DNA of 43,209 nucleotides from a virus: IMG/VR virus record IMGVR_UViG_3300045988_076668, positions 1 to 43,209 of that record; one strand, written 5' to 3'. The notes under the pieces were generated by a model that saw only the letters and a program-made list of their open reading frames with translations, had not been told where the DNA came from and ran no database searches. Below, in pieces: positions 7,431 through 17,600 of this stretch (positions are counted from its first letter, which is position 1; each line of letters begins with the position of its first letter). Position numbers and translations under genes: made by a program.

Positions 7431-7530
7431 CTTTATCTTCCCCTTTTCCGTTGGTCATCTCGTCCAGCATAGATTCTGGAATATCATCTTCTGGATGTAC
7501 AACAGACAGAGGAGCATTCTTTTCTTCCAT
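7423..7530 (-). CDS. Small acidic ORF (35 aa)
   Basis: Not in track. ATG 7530 lies 6 nt after AAGGGGGA. Translation MEEKNAPLSVVHPEDDIPESMLDEMTNGKGEDKDE. Its stop overlaps the endolysin start. Confidence 0.35.
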   Translation of the reverse strand: MEEKNAPLSVVHPEDDIPESMLDEMTNGKGEDKDE

Positions 7531-7543
7531 AGGAATCCCCCTT

Positions 7544-7744
7544 TTACTTAAAAAGGTCTGCCAGTGTCTTTGTCTTAGACTTCATGTAGGAACGCTGAAT
7601 ATCATTCCATTCGTCCATTTCCTTTTCCCAGCCGGTCCAGCCCTGCTGCTGCGCATACATGCGGGAGGCAATGTCTACGTCCACGCCCTCTTTCTCGCTG
7701 ATAGCCTTGATTGCCATGCGATTCGCATAAAAACGATTTGCCAT
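7544..7744 (-). CDS. Hypothetical protein (66 aa)
   Basis: Track ORF between the holin and endolysin genes. Confidence 0.55.
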   Translation of the reverse strand: MANRFYANRMAIKAISEKEGVDVDIASRMYAQQQGWTGWEKEMDEWNDIQRSYMKSKTKTLADLFK

Positions 7745-7765
7745 ACAAATTCTCCTTCTTTGTCT

Positions 7766-7984
7766 TTAGTTTTTGTTTGCGGTTTCTTTCTCAACTTCCG
7801 GCAAGCCCTTGATACTAACCAGCAAGGACAGTATGCCGGACAGTATGGTGGCCGACAGAACCACCGGCCATTCCACCGCAGAAAGCACCGCTGCCGCCCC
7901 AATCGTGGCAATGGCGGTCTCTGCCATGGTCTTGATTGCACGGATTCCCGCCGCTTTCCACCAGGCTTTCCATTTCTCACTCAT
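7766..7984 (-). CDS. Holin (about 72 aa, two predicted TM helices)
   Basis: Track ORF 7766..7993. ATG 7984 lies 6 nt after GAGGGGGTG. Hydrophobic stretches AIATIGAAAVLSAV and VVLSATILSGILSLLV with a charged C-terminus. Confidence 0.7.
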   Translation of the reverse strand: MSEKWKAWWKAAGIRAIKTMAETAIATIGAAAVLSAVEWPVVLSATILSGILSLLVSIKGLPEVEKETANKN

Positions 7985-7999
7985 TCCCTTCACCCCCTC

Positions 8000-8350
8000 T
8001 CACAGCCCGATTTTTGCCAGCAGAAACGCAATCACTGCCGCGAAAACAGCCCAGATTGCTTTATCAGCCAACCCTTCCCACCGGCGTGCGGGCTTGATCT
8101 GGATCTCACTCACCTGGCTGAGTGCCGATGCGATTTTGGAAGACATTTCATCCAGCTTGTCCAGAATCTGAACATACTGTTCGTCCCGGCGTGCGCTCTC
8201 AGTTTCCAGGGCCCGGATGCGGTCATACATCTCCTTATGGGTCTGCCGGGCCGCATCCAAATGGCTGTTCAGAGACTTCTCCAACATGTTAGCCTTTTGC
8301 ATCCCCAAGCATTCATTCCCGGGGTTAAAGGTACACTTGTCCATGGGCAT
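8000..8350 (-). CDS. XhlA-like lysis-associated protein (coiled coil plus C-terminal TM)
   Basis: Track ORF. C-terminal anchor AIWAVFAAVIAFLLAKIGL. Lies immediately upstream of the holin gene. Confidence 0.6.
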   Translation of the reverse strand: MPMDKCTFNPGNECLGMQKANMLEKSLNSHLDAARQTHKEMYDRIRALETESARRDEQYVQILDKLDEMSSKIASALSQVSEIQIKPARRWEGLADKAIWAVFAAVIAFLLAKIGL

Positions 8351-8383
8351 AACAGCCCTCCTCTCTCTGTGTGGGATGGTTCG

Positions 8384-8854
8384 TCAGGGTTCCACTTCCT
8401 CCCAAAACTCCGGGCTTGTCTCCGGGGACCAGGTGTTGGTGTCAATCTTGCTGCGCCAGGTTTTGCCATCTGCGGTACAGCAATCCCCTTTGGCGTAGGG
8501 GGAAGTGGAGAGGGAGAGGAAGGGCAGCGCCTTGTCCGGGTCAGTGGACCAGACAAACCCCCACTGGGCGGGCAGCTCCTCCGACTCCTGGGGATAGATT
8601 TCACTGTCGTAGACCTGGAGGAGCCGAACCACCCGCCCGGCGCTGGACCGGCAGACAAAGCCATCTTTCTGGCCTGCCTTGCGCTCCAGCATGTTTTTGG
8701 CAGCCCTGGCCGCCTGGAAGTCTGGGATATACTCCTCCGCAGCACAGAGTTCCGTGCCGGTCATGGAGAGGGATTCTGCTTGCAAGTTGACTGCGGCAGA
8801 TTTCCCCGCCCGGCGCAGGGTATCCAAAACAAACTCTTTTTCAGTCAACGTCAT
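8384..8854 (-). CDS. Hypothetical protein (156 aa), possible carbohydrate-binding C-terminus
   Basis: Track ORF, chosen over overlapping alternative-frame ORFs by normal composition. Tail ...YAKGDCCTADGKTWRSKIDTNTWSPETSPEFW resembles CBM5/12-type repeats (weak). Confidence 0.55.
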   Translation of the reverse strand: MTLTEKEFVLDTLRRAGKSAAVNLQAESLSMTGTELCAAEEYIPDFQAARAAKNMLERKAGQKDGFVCRSSAGRVVRLLQVYDSEIYPQESEELPAQWGFVWSTDPDKALPFLSLSTSPYAKGDCCTADGKTWRSKIDTNTWSPETSPEFWEEVEP

Positions 8855-9137
8855 TCACTCCTTCTCGAATTGCTGCCGCCATAGCGCCCCAGGTGACGGG
8901 TTCCTCCGGCTCTTCCGGCGGGAGGTCGGGGTGGTCTGCTTCATAGGCGTCCAGCGCCTCCTGGTTGGTCTCCAGGCTTGTCACAGCACCGTCTTCCACA
9001 GTCAAGGTCACAAACCCCTTTGCCGCAAGATAGGGGCTCAGGAGATCGTCAGGTAGGGTCACACAGTTTGGGAAAGGTTGTCCCATGGGGTTGCCGTGGT
9101 TGCCGGTCTCGTTCGGACTTGAGTTGATGTAATACAT
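8841..9137 (-). CDS. Hypothetical protein (98 aa) downstream of the fibre genes
   Basis: Track ORF. Confidence 0.55.
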   Translation of the reverse strand: MYYINSSPNETGNHGNPMGQPFPNCVTLPDDLLSPYLAAKGFVTLTVEDGAVTSLETNQEALDAYEADHPDLPPEEPEEPVTWGAMAAAIREGVNDVD

Positions 9138-9143
9138 TTGTGC

Positions 9144-10631
9144 TCACTCTCCCTCCAAAAATGCAACATACTTATAAGTTTTACCAGAGGAATTCGGGAA
9201 TCGAGAATAATCACCTTTGGATAGGGTCAACTTCCCTCCAGACCAGGTTGCACTCCCCGTATAATTTGAAATTCCGCTGCTTCCAGTCGGCACAATCCAA
9301 TTTGTATCAGTGAACATTGTGACGTCGACATTCAAAAAACCAATCAGCGGCCTATTTTTAAACGGAATTATCACGTTTTCTGTCCCTGTGCCAACGTATG
9401 AACCGTATTTGATGTATCCCAAAGAGGATCCACCAAAGTCCCCCAACACCCCCAGATACTCAATAGTGGTGCCTGCGGGGATGGCGGGGTAGCCGGTGAC
9501 CTGTTGCATTTTATTGACAAGAAATCCATAATTATATGGATAACCGAGAGAGACTCCGTTTTCAAAGTAACTGACAATGGCATCATCGGGGATATAGACA
9601 AGGTTAGTTCCTTCACTTCCACCATTATCTTTTTCTCCACTCACAGTAATAAATTTACCTCTAATAGCACTTTGAATATTAATAACCCAGCTATCATTAG
9701 TGGCATTTGCGGTATAACTTTTTACATTTTCCTGTGTCAATGTCCCAGTATCGGAAACTTTAATTGTCTCGGAGTAATAATAATTGGACGCATTACCAGT
9801 CCACGCCGATGCAAACAGGTATCCACTCACCATATCCCCCAACACATACCCCGCCTCTTTCGCATCGTCTCCCTCCTGGTAGGCGTTGCGGTTGACAGAG
9901 GTTAGGTAGGTGACGTGGGTGCCAGGGGGAACGGCAGGGACTGCACGTACCTCTTGGTATTTGCTGGTATAAATTACTCCACCCAAATAGGTATCTGGTT
10001 CTCTACTTATAGTGGCATCGGAAGGAATGAAATAAACATTTCCTGGGCCTGTCTCAAATTCATTTTCACCACCAATAGTGGAAGAAGGATCGCAATAAAA
10101 AAAGTTACCCTTTAGATTATTTCCTTTTTGTACAGAAGAATCGTCTGAATTAAGACTGAGAGTTTGTTCCCCATTTATAGTTATTGTTCCATTGTCGTCG
10201 ACTGTAATTGTTTTTCCGTAATGAAATGACGCTTGCGTCGACGGGGTTTGGGGATAAGTTAATGCTGCTTTTCCTTCTTCAGGCCCAAGAGAATATGTCG
10301 CAGGTATTTTTTCATCCGTTTTAACCGTCTTCCTCCACACATGGACGTTGCCGACGTTTGCAAGGACATTGAAAGCATCGTTAGGAGTTGAATTAGCTCC
10401 CGTAGAAAGGCCCAGCGTGGAGATCACCGTATCTGAGAGAAGGTTTGCTTTGTTTAGAGGGGTTCCCAGCTGGGTCCAACCATCCTTGTTGATCCCATTG
10501 AAATCTACGGGAAATGTCCCAGCAATCATGGCCTGCAAAAAGTCCTCATAGGTTGGATAGAGGGACAAGGCCTCCTCCACTGTCTTTAGGTATCGTGAAT
10601 TCCCGTTCCCTTTCATAATGGCATCTTGCAC
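9144..10631 (-). CDS. Tail fibre / receptor-binding protein candidate (495 aa) with an internal tandem domain duplication
   Basis: Track ORF. Position is distal in the tail module. Two related segments (NVYFIPSDATIS...VPPGTHVTYL and NLVYIPDDAIVS...IPAGTTIEYL). Confidence 0.65.
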   Translation of the reverse strand: MQDAIMKGNGNSRYLKTVEEALSLYPTYEDFLQAMIAGTFPVDFNGINKDGWTQLGTPLNKANLLSDTVISTLGLSTGANSTPNDAFNVLANVGNVHVWRKTVKTDEKIPATYSLGPEEGKAALTYPQTPSTQASFHYGKTITVDDNGTITINGEQTLSLNSDDSSVQKGNNLKGNFFYCDPSSTIGGENEFETGPGNVYFIPSDATISREPDTYLGGVIYTSKYQEVRAVPAVPPGTHVTYLTSVNRNAYQEGDDAKEAGYVLGDMVSGYLFASAWTGNASNYYYSETIKVSDTGTLTQENVKSYTANATNDSWVINIQSAIRGKFITVSGEKDNGGSEGTNLVYIPDDAIVSYFENGVSLGYPYNYGFLVNKMQQVTGYPAIPAGTTIEYLGVLGDFGGSSLGYIKYGSYVGTGTENVIIPFKNRPLIGFLNVDVTMFTDTNWIVPTGSSGISNYTGSATWSGGKLTLSKGDYSRFPNSSGKTYKYVAFLEGE

Positions 10632-10647
10632 TAAAACACACCCTTTC

Positions 10648-11892
10648 TTAAAATTCTCCGCACATGGCCTCTCCCGCCATGAGATAGGATTTATCCATCC
10701 ATTGGAACATGGATTCTACTTGGACAAGGATCTTTTCCAAATTGTTCGCTTCCTGGAAGGTGAAACTCTGCATATCAGAGGGGGCTTCTGGAAGATCAGG
10801 TACAAAGGGGAAAGTCTCTCGAATCCGTTTAACATTAGAAACATATCCCTCAGATTGCTCTAATGTTGGCTTGTTCTCTTTCACCCAATAATCTCTGCCC
10901 GGTTCTGGATTGACTGGAACATACGGGTTTACATACCCACGGGTATATAAACTATCTGAAAGGAACTCGGCAGCCGTTGTAACCCGGTTCATATCAGTTT
11001 CGTTATATGCTCCCTTATAGCTTGTCTGTGCAAGCTGAATTAGTTCTTCTTCCGTCAGATCTTCTTTGGATAAGATCGTAAGAAGTTCCTCAATGTCCGC
11101 CTGGCTACGGTCTGTAATGAGCCGTATGACATAGAGGCGAAAAGAAGAGGACAGACCTGCTTTGTCTGTTGCGGTAACAGTGATGTAGTTCTCCCCCACG
11201 CGAAGAGGAACCGTGTGTGAAAACTGTCCGTGTTCATCAATAGTCGCTTCCTCCCCTCCCACAAGCAAGGTGACAGGAGATGTCGTCACATCCTTTGTTA
11301 CCCCTTCTACCGTAATAGATTCATCGTCAACGATTTGCCTGTACTCATGCACAGTCAGCTCAGGAGGAACCGTGTCTACAATGTAAACCGAAGATAAACT
11401 GGCTTGATTCCCGTCGTTGTCCTGGATGGAGGTGGTCAAGCTGTGATTCCCTTCGCTCAGTTCATTTCGTGGAGTATAGGTGAACTGATACCCTTTCTCC
11501 GTGGCCTGCGTGGAAATATCTCCCTCGACCCCATCAATCAGCATAGACAGAGAGGATGGATCAATCCCGGAGCCGTTCTCCTCGTCAAATGCTTCTACAA
11601 CAAAGGTCGGAACATTGGTTGTCAATATCCCTTCTGCCGGAGATAATAGCTGAATAGTCGGGGGGACTTCCTCTTGCACCGTCAACCGAAGCCCAGGGAT
11701 ATTCGTCCCATCCGTTGTGGTGGAAACTCCTTTGTCGTTCGTTGCAGTTATCTCTGTGTTGAAATATCCCCCTTCTTCATTGTGGGAGGTTTTGGCCGGA
11801 ACAATGACAGTCTCATATTTCCTTGTCGTTTCATTAAATGTAAGAGTGTATTCCTGTCCATCGAACGTCGCTTTTACCGTAGTTATCGACAT
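10648..11892 (-). CDS. Tail/baseplate protein with Ig-like repeats (414 aa)
   Basis: Track ORF. Beta-rich repeats (VPPTIQLLSPAEG..., VDTVPPELTV...). Confidence 0.65.
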   Translation of the reverse strand: MSITTVKATFDGQEYTLTFNETTRKYETVIVPAKTSHNEEGGYFNTEITATNDKGVSTTTDGTNIPGLRLTVQEEVPPTIQLLSPAEGILTTNVPTFVVEAFDEENGSGIDPSSLSMLIDGVEGDISTQATEKGYQFTYTPRNELSEGNHSLTTSIQDNDGNQASLSSVYIVDTVPPELTVHEYRQIVDDESITVEGVTKDVTTSPVTLLVGGEEATIDEHGQFSHTVPLRVGENYITVTATDKAGLSSSFRLYVIRLITDRSQADIEELLTILSKEDLTEEELIQLAQTSYKGAYNETDMNRVTTAAEFLSDSLYTRGYVNPYVPVNPEPGRDYWVKENKPTLEQSEGYVSNVKRIRETFPFVPDLPEAPSDMQSFTFQEANNLEKILVQVESMFQWMDKSYLMAGEAMCGEF

Positions 11893-11895
11893 GAA

Positions 11896-12057
11896 CTACA
11901 CCTCCCCACTTTGAAACTCACCCGAAACTCTGATCTCTTCTTGCTCTATCGTCTGCACATCAAGTACGATCACTTGGAGCAATACAGAATCCCCGACATT
12001 TGCAGTCGCTGGCGTGAACGTCGCTGAGATCACAATAGGAGACCACTCTTCTGCCAT
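11896..12057 (-). CDS. Small Ig-like-fragment ORF (53 aa)
   Basis: Not in track. ATG 12057 lies 6 nt after GGGGGTGA. Translation MAEEWSPIVISATFTPATANVGDSVLLQVIVLDV.... Stop lies 4 nt before the next start. Confidence 0.4.
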   Translation of the reverse strand: MAEEWSPIVISATFTPATANVGDSVLLQVIVLDVQTIEQEEIRVSGEFQSGEV

Positions 12058-12076
12058 TTAGATCACCCCCATTTTT

Positions 12077-14284
12077 TCACCACTCCACAATAATGCATCC
12101 AGGTTTCCCATCCTGTCCCGGGGTACCGTCTTTTGGGTAGGATGCAATATAAGTTTCTGTATAGCCATCCTCAGAGGTCCACTGTGCATACTTTCCGTTT
12201 CTCCCCTGTTCGCCTCCAGCGCCGCCAGAACCTTCCAAGGCTGTTATAGTCCCTCCATAGTCAGGGCCTTTCTGTGCATATACAGCGCCGCTCTGGATGT
12301 CCATAATGCCAACCGGATATGGTTTTCCATTTGCAGAAGTGTACACTCCAAAAGTAGTGTCTGTGCCAGGGGTGCCGGGTTCACCGTCGTCCCCACGGCT
12401 GCCATTGGTTTCTCCGCCTGCACCGCCTTTCCCGGCAGTTCCACAAGAATAGTCATATTGTTGGTTTGCTATCGCGGTTACCTCGGTAATAAACACATTC
12501 CCGCCATCTCCTCCAATGCCGCCAGCCGTGTCTTCTGGGTCAAAAGAATCGCCCCATAGGATATTCCCTGCACCCCCTCCCATACCACCGGCCCCTCCCC
12601 CTATCAATGTAACGCGGAATTTCCCAGCCTCTTCCTTTACAAATGTTCCAGAACCTGTCAGAACTGTTTTGTTTGAGTATGCAGAATCATTGGGAGATTG
12701 AACGAGATAAGAGGGCATGTTTACCATAACGCCATCTGCCAGGGAGAGCTGTTGCTTATACAATCGAGCAGAGATAGTGGTGAAAAATTGAGTGTCTACA
12801 CTCTGGATATCTCCGCATTCACTGGACGGATTTCCTCTATGCTGTACTTCGAACGAACGTCCACCATACTCAAACAGGCAGGAAATAACCGCTTTTCTCG
12901 CATCATCCGTCGTATGAATAAATGGGTTATCTACGCTTAAAGATATCTCGGATTCGGTGTTATTCCCTGGAAATACCACTTCTTCTCCATCATCCAACGT
13001 AAATGTAATGTCCGAAATATCATCATTTGCAGACATTTCAGGATAGGAGTTCATATTGTCTAAGGTAATCCTATTTCCCTCAATTCTTTGTAATTTCCCT
13101 ACTCTCAATTTCCCGGTCTCAAAATCTTGTCTGGGCCAAGTATTTGTTGCCATGCATGCGAAACGAAGCATTTCACCGCATTTTTTCCCTGTACATTCTT
13201 CTTCTGCTGCTGTAATGGGGATATCCTTTACATCATCATCTACGATATAATTTTTCTGAAAGTTAACGCCAAGAGAAAGCATAATCGCCTCAATCCACCC
13301 AGAAAGCGTTGTGGGAAGTGTATCAGGGACAACAAATTTCCTTTTCGTCAGCGCCCCAATAATATCCAGAAGATCAAATTGTACAGTTAAATCCTTGAGT
13401 TTCCACCCGGCGGATTGCTGATAATACGTTCCTGCGGGCAACCATTCAATAGTTCCATCTTCCAACCGCATTCCAAAATCAACAATGATTCTTTGACGAT
13501 CTTCAATGGATGTGAAGAGCGTATTCGGAGCATAAGGGTCAAATCTGTGGTTTTCGTTGTACAAAACAACTGTGCAAGTAGAATATGGAATGGACAATCC
13601 AGAGAATGTAACCTCAGAATATGTTTCAACTGATTTTAGAATGGACCTGTCCCAAATTTCATATAGGCCGACCATCAGCCGGGGGATTCTAACCCGTCGA
13701 CCACCAAGGCTCCATTTCTTAATGGTAACGCGAATTTTTGTAGGGTTTTGAACGGTAAAGCCATCCAAAACAGTCAACGTACTTTTGTTCCCTGTTTTTG
13801 TGTCTGACCAAAGAAGGGTATCGCCGCTGTAAATATCCAACGTAAATTCTGTTCCAATTCCATTGAATTCTTTTTCACTGAACCGGAAAGAGAATGCTTG
13901 CAATATACTTAGGTTTTGAATTTCAAACTCAATATAAGGATATGGTTCAGAAAAGACGCCGAAAGAATCACATAGAGATTCAGATACCCAACCAACTTGT
14001 CCTATCTGATCCATTGGGTCATCTGGTCGGATATTGAAAGTTCCGTCCAGAATCCATCTGTTAGGCTCCAAGGTCGCTATATTCTGTTCGCTCTCTGTTG
14101 TGCCACGGTTTGTTACCTGATCTGTTAAGGAAATATCACTCTCATCATTTGTTGTTATGTTTGTTATGATCATATCTGGGTCATATAGGTCAAACACAAC
14201 TCGCACAAATTGTCGCCTTGAATCAGATATAACCGCTTTTTCATAGGCTTCACTGTGATCAATCATGGCCATCAATCTCCTCAA
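12077..14284 (-). CDS. Tail-tip protein (Tal position, 735 aa) with Gly-rich/collagen-like C-terminus
   Basis: Track ORF. The C-terminal ~190 aa contain GGGAGGMGGGAGN, GKGGAGGETNGSRGDDGEPGTPGTD and DGTPGQDGKPG. Confidence 0.7.
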   Translation of the reverse strand: MRRLMAMIDHSEAYEKAVISDSRRQFVRVVFDLYDPDMIITNITTNDESDISLTDQVTNRGTTESEQNIATLEPNRWILDGTFNIRPDDPMDQIGQVGWVSESLCDSFGVFSEPYPYIEFEIQNLSILQAFSFRFSEKEFNGIGTEFTLDIYSGDTLLWSDTKTGNKSTLTVLDGFTVQNPTKIRVTIKKWSLGGRRVRIPRLMVGLYEIWDRSILKSVETYSEVTFSGLSIPYSTCTVVLYNENHRFDPYAPNTLFTSIEDRQRIIVDFGMRLEDGTIEWLPAGTYYQQSAGWKLKDLTVQFDLLDIIGALTKRKFVVPDTLPTTLSGWIEAIMLSLGVNFQKNYIVDDDVKDIPITAAEEECTGKKCGEMLRFACMATNTWPRQDFETGKLRVGKLQRIEGNRITLDNMNSYPEMSANDDISDITFTLDDGEEVVFPGNNTESEISLSVDNPFIHTTDDARKAVISCLFEYGGRSFEVQHRGNPSSECGDIQSVDTQFFTTISARLYKQQLSLADGVMVNMPSYLVQSPNDSAYSNKTVLTGSGTFVKEEAGKFRVTLIGGGAGGMGGGAGNILWGDSFDPEDTAGGIGGDGGNVFITEVTAIANQQYDYSCGTAGKGGAGGETNGSRGDDGEPGTPGTDTTFGVYTSANGKPYPVGIMDIQSGAVYAQKGPDYGGTITALEGSGGAGGEQGRNGKYAQWTSEDGYTETYIASYPKDGTPGQDGKPGCIIVEW

Positions 14285-14642
14285 AGGTCAGTTTGTATGC
14301 TGCCCATTCAGGTCCGTTATCTCTCCAACGTGTAAGGGAAGGAGATGGAGGCTCCATCAAGTGAAACCACCCTTGTACCAACTCTGTGCCACCTGTGGAT
14401 GGGAGAAAGAACAACTGATGCCGACGTGATGCCTTGAATACAGTATTGAGACGGGACATTGTTTCATAGTCGATGGATGAAAAGTTGACTTCTACCACCC
14501 ATATAGTGGCACGGATTTCTTCCACTCTTCTGCCGGATATCATCCGCTCAGATACGCCAAGTTCTTCCTCATAGGCGGTGTAATCCCCTTCTTCCAAGTC
14601 TTCAATTTCAATTCCGTCAATTGACAAAAACATATTTTCCAT
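14259..14642 (-). CDS. Tail component in the Dit position (127 aa)
   Basis: Track ORF, immediately after the tape measure gene. Confidence 0.6.
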   Translation of the reverse strand: MENMFLSIDGIEIEDLEEGDYTAYEEELGVSERMISGRRVEEIRATIWVVEVNFSSIDYETMSRLNTVFKASRRHQLFFLPSTGGTELVQGWFHLMEPPSPSLTRWRDNGPEWAAYKLTFEEIDGHD

Positions 14643-17600
14643 TTAATCACTCACAATTCTGGGGGACTGATCCTCTACTGCACGAATATCATTAACAATT
14701 GCTCTTGCAAATGCTTTCCCGTTGACATTCAGAACAATTTCCCTGTCTCCCCGTGGTGCACTGGCAAAAGACACAGCGTTTGCTACCCTGTACGCGCTTC
14801 CGTTACTCTCTACCTGCTTGGCTTCCATGGCGTTATCCGTGCTGCGTGTGAGGCGGTAGGAAGCACTCCCAGCACTCACAGTGACCGTTTCACGAAGCCT
14901 TGCCGCAGCGTTTATCCGGTTAATTTCCGCGATAATACCATCGGCAACTTTCTTCGCTGCGGCAATTGCGGTAGAACCTTCCTCCTGTACACCAACGGCA
15001 AGGGATGTCATAGCATCCTCTCCCGCCGCTTTTAACTCATCAGGCATTTTGTCTACGAATTCTTGGTTAAGAGATTCAAACTCATCCTGATAAATCTGTG
15101 CCGCAATATTCTTTGCCGCTTCCGCCCGTTTCTGGTATGCCTCCATATAGGCAGTATATTGATCGTCATTCAGGCTTAACAGTTTCTCCGCGAAGGCCGT
15201 TGCCTCATCCATCTCCATTTGAAGAATTTCGGAATAGAGGCCAGCATCAACCCCTTTTTCCTGAAGGGCAAGCATTGCATTTCCGTATCGTTCAATCTCT
15301 TGAATATCCTTATCCAGGTTCAGAAGACGGGTTTCTCCCTTATAATCTGTTTCGAAAAGATTATCTCCAGACAATTTAGAAGCCAGGGAATCACGATCAC
15401 TTTTCAGGTCATCCAAAGCACTTTGATACTCATCTTCCATCTCCTCAAGAGCATCAATGGCACTCTGCAATTCTTCCTTCTGTGCCTCTTCCTGCTTTTT
15501 TAGCTGTTTCTCATTCCAATCTTCTTTGAGCTCGGCTATCTCGTCCAAGATATCCTGTCGTTCATCAACTTCTGCCTCTTCCAGCCGTTCATACTTTTCT
15601 GCCAGACTTTTTTCATAGTCCGCGAGCTCCTTTTCATCTGCCCGCTTCTGTGCTGCGGCCTCAATCTCCGCAATCTTGTCATAAAGTTTAGAAGTTTCTT
15701 TTAAGACAACATCAGCAAGTTTTTCAGCCGCTGCTTGTGCGTTTTTTGCCTTGTCATTTAATCCAAGTACCAAACCGGCAACAGATTGCTCGCCAATCCA
15801 GCGAAATGCCTTAGAGGGAGAGTGGATATCCAACGCGCTTTTAGCTGCGGCAAGTGCGCTCTTTGCCATATTGGATGCAGCACTGATTGCTTGGCTTGCC
15901 CCTGCATTGATACCCGCAGCAACACCGGAAGCAATGGCCAGTCCAACACTTTTCGCAGCCCCAGAGGCACCAGTTGCGGAAGAAAGCACCGAAGTAGTCA
16001 CAAGATTATTCAGCGCAGAAACAACATCAGGCGTCCCAGAGGATATCCCAGAAGATATTTTATCAACGATCCCGGTACTAATCAGAGTAGCAGAAGCTGT
16101 TGCACCTAACGCTGATTGAACGCCAGTGTCAATTAGCCCAGAGAATGCTGTGGTGAGCATGCCGCCAGATGCAGTGAGGCCATTTGCCGCAGAGTTTACA
16201 GCTGTTTCACCAACTGTTCCTGCCCCAGATGCAGCGGAATCACCAGCGGAGATTGTGTCTCCCACCACCCCTTTCATGGTAGATGGCATAGAAGATGCTG
16301 ATATCTTGAGAGAGCCATCCGCATTCGTGCCAATCGTATACCCTACTTGTTGCCCACCAGATGCCGCTGCGCCTTGAGCGCCAGAAGTAGCATTGTCGAC
16401 CGCGGTTTTAGTCGATTGCTCCATTTCGGCTTCCGTTGATGGCATGCGGCTTGAGTATCCGTCACCGAATTCTGCTGCTGTTTCGCCTCCATTTTGGGTT
16501 GCTGTCTGCTTCCCCGCTTCGCCCGCTTGATCTGCGACTTGCTTAGTTGCGTCCGAGACCGCTTGTCCATTTGATATAATTCCAGACGCCATTAAAAAAT
16601 CATATATTTGCCCAGAATTTAAAAATGGTGTTCCATTTGTCGCCGCATATTGCGCTGCTTGATCTACTATTTTTTGAATGCTTTCTGGTAAAACATAGGA
16701 ATACTCATTTGCCCCATTGGCGATTTCTGTCGGTATGTATCCACCAGCCTCACGAAAAACACCAACTTGCTCTTGCATAGCGGCTTGGGCTTGCTCAATT
16801 AGGCCAACCATGTTAGCCTGCACAGATGGAGACATTTCGGTCCAAGAAGCGGCAGCGTCCGCAATTAACTGTTGATATAGTACAATTGCATTCCCAACAG
16901 CCGTTTCAACTTCTGCAATATTGCTTCCGTTGAACTCTACAAATCCATCGGAAAGGCGCTGGATAGCTGAATTGAGTTCATCCATGTTCTGTGCGGCTCC
17001 AACAGCTTCAAAATCGTTTATTGTCTGTTGGTAGTCCAGGGCAGAATTTTTGGCGTCCTCATAAGCCCTTTCAGTCTGTCTGACTTTATCCTCTGCCGCT
17101 GATATCTCCGCCAGTGACCGTTCATCTCCCCTGCTGTTTGCTTGTACCTCAGCAAGATTCCGTCTGGCCTCTGCGAGGTTATCCACAGCCTGGGTCAAGT
17201 TTTTATTGGCCTCTATTTGCCCGGTTAAAGCATTGCTATACTCCTCCTGCATAGCATCCAAGGTCATTTCTTTTTTCTTGGCAAAAATCAGTTGGTCAAT
17301 GGAATCCGCTACTTCTATGTAGACGCCAGCCTCATCTTTTGCTAAAGAAATTGCGTTGGGAATGACGCTGTTAATTTGTTCCGCAAGGAATTGGGCTCTC
17401 TGTTCATACCCATCTTTTACTTTCCCATTGGCATCAATCAAACCTTGGAGCTCAGAAATATAATCTTCAGTTGCTCCAATTTCTGCATTTACACTGGAAA
17501 GGTTAGATTCTCTTGTTTGGGCAAGCTCTTCCTGCTGTTGCTTCTGTGCTTCCAGATCATCATTTAACTCTTTGATGCTGTCAGACAGTTGCGCTTGGCT

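Noticed and set aside
7301-8884. 527-aa plus-strand ORF, the second-longest in the track
   Set aside because: It lies antisense to five well-formed minus-strand lysis-region genes in a GC-rich block. Its translation is low-complexity and rich in R, P, G and C, with no SD. It is a high-GC open-frame artefact.
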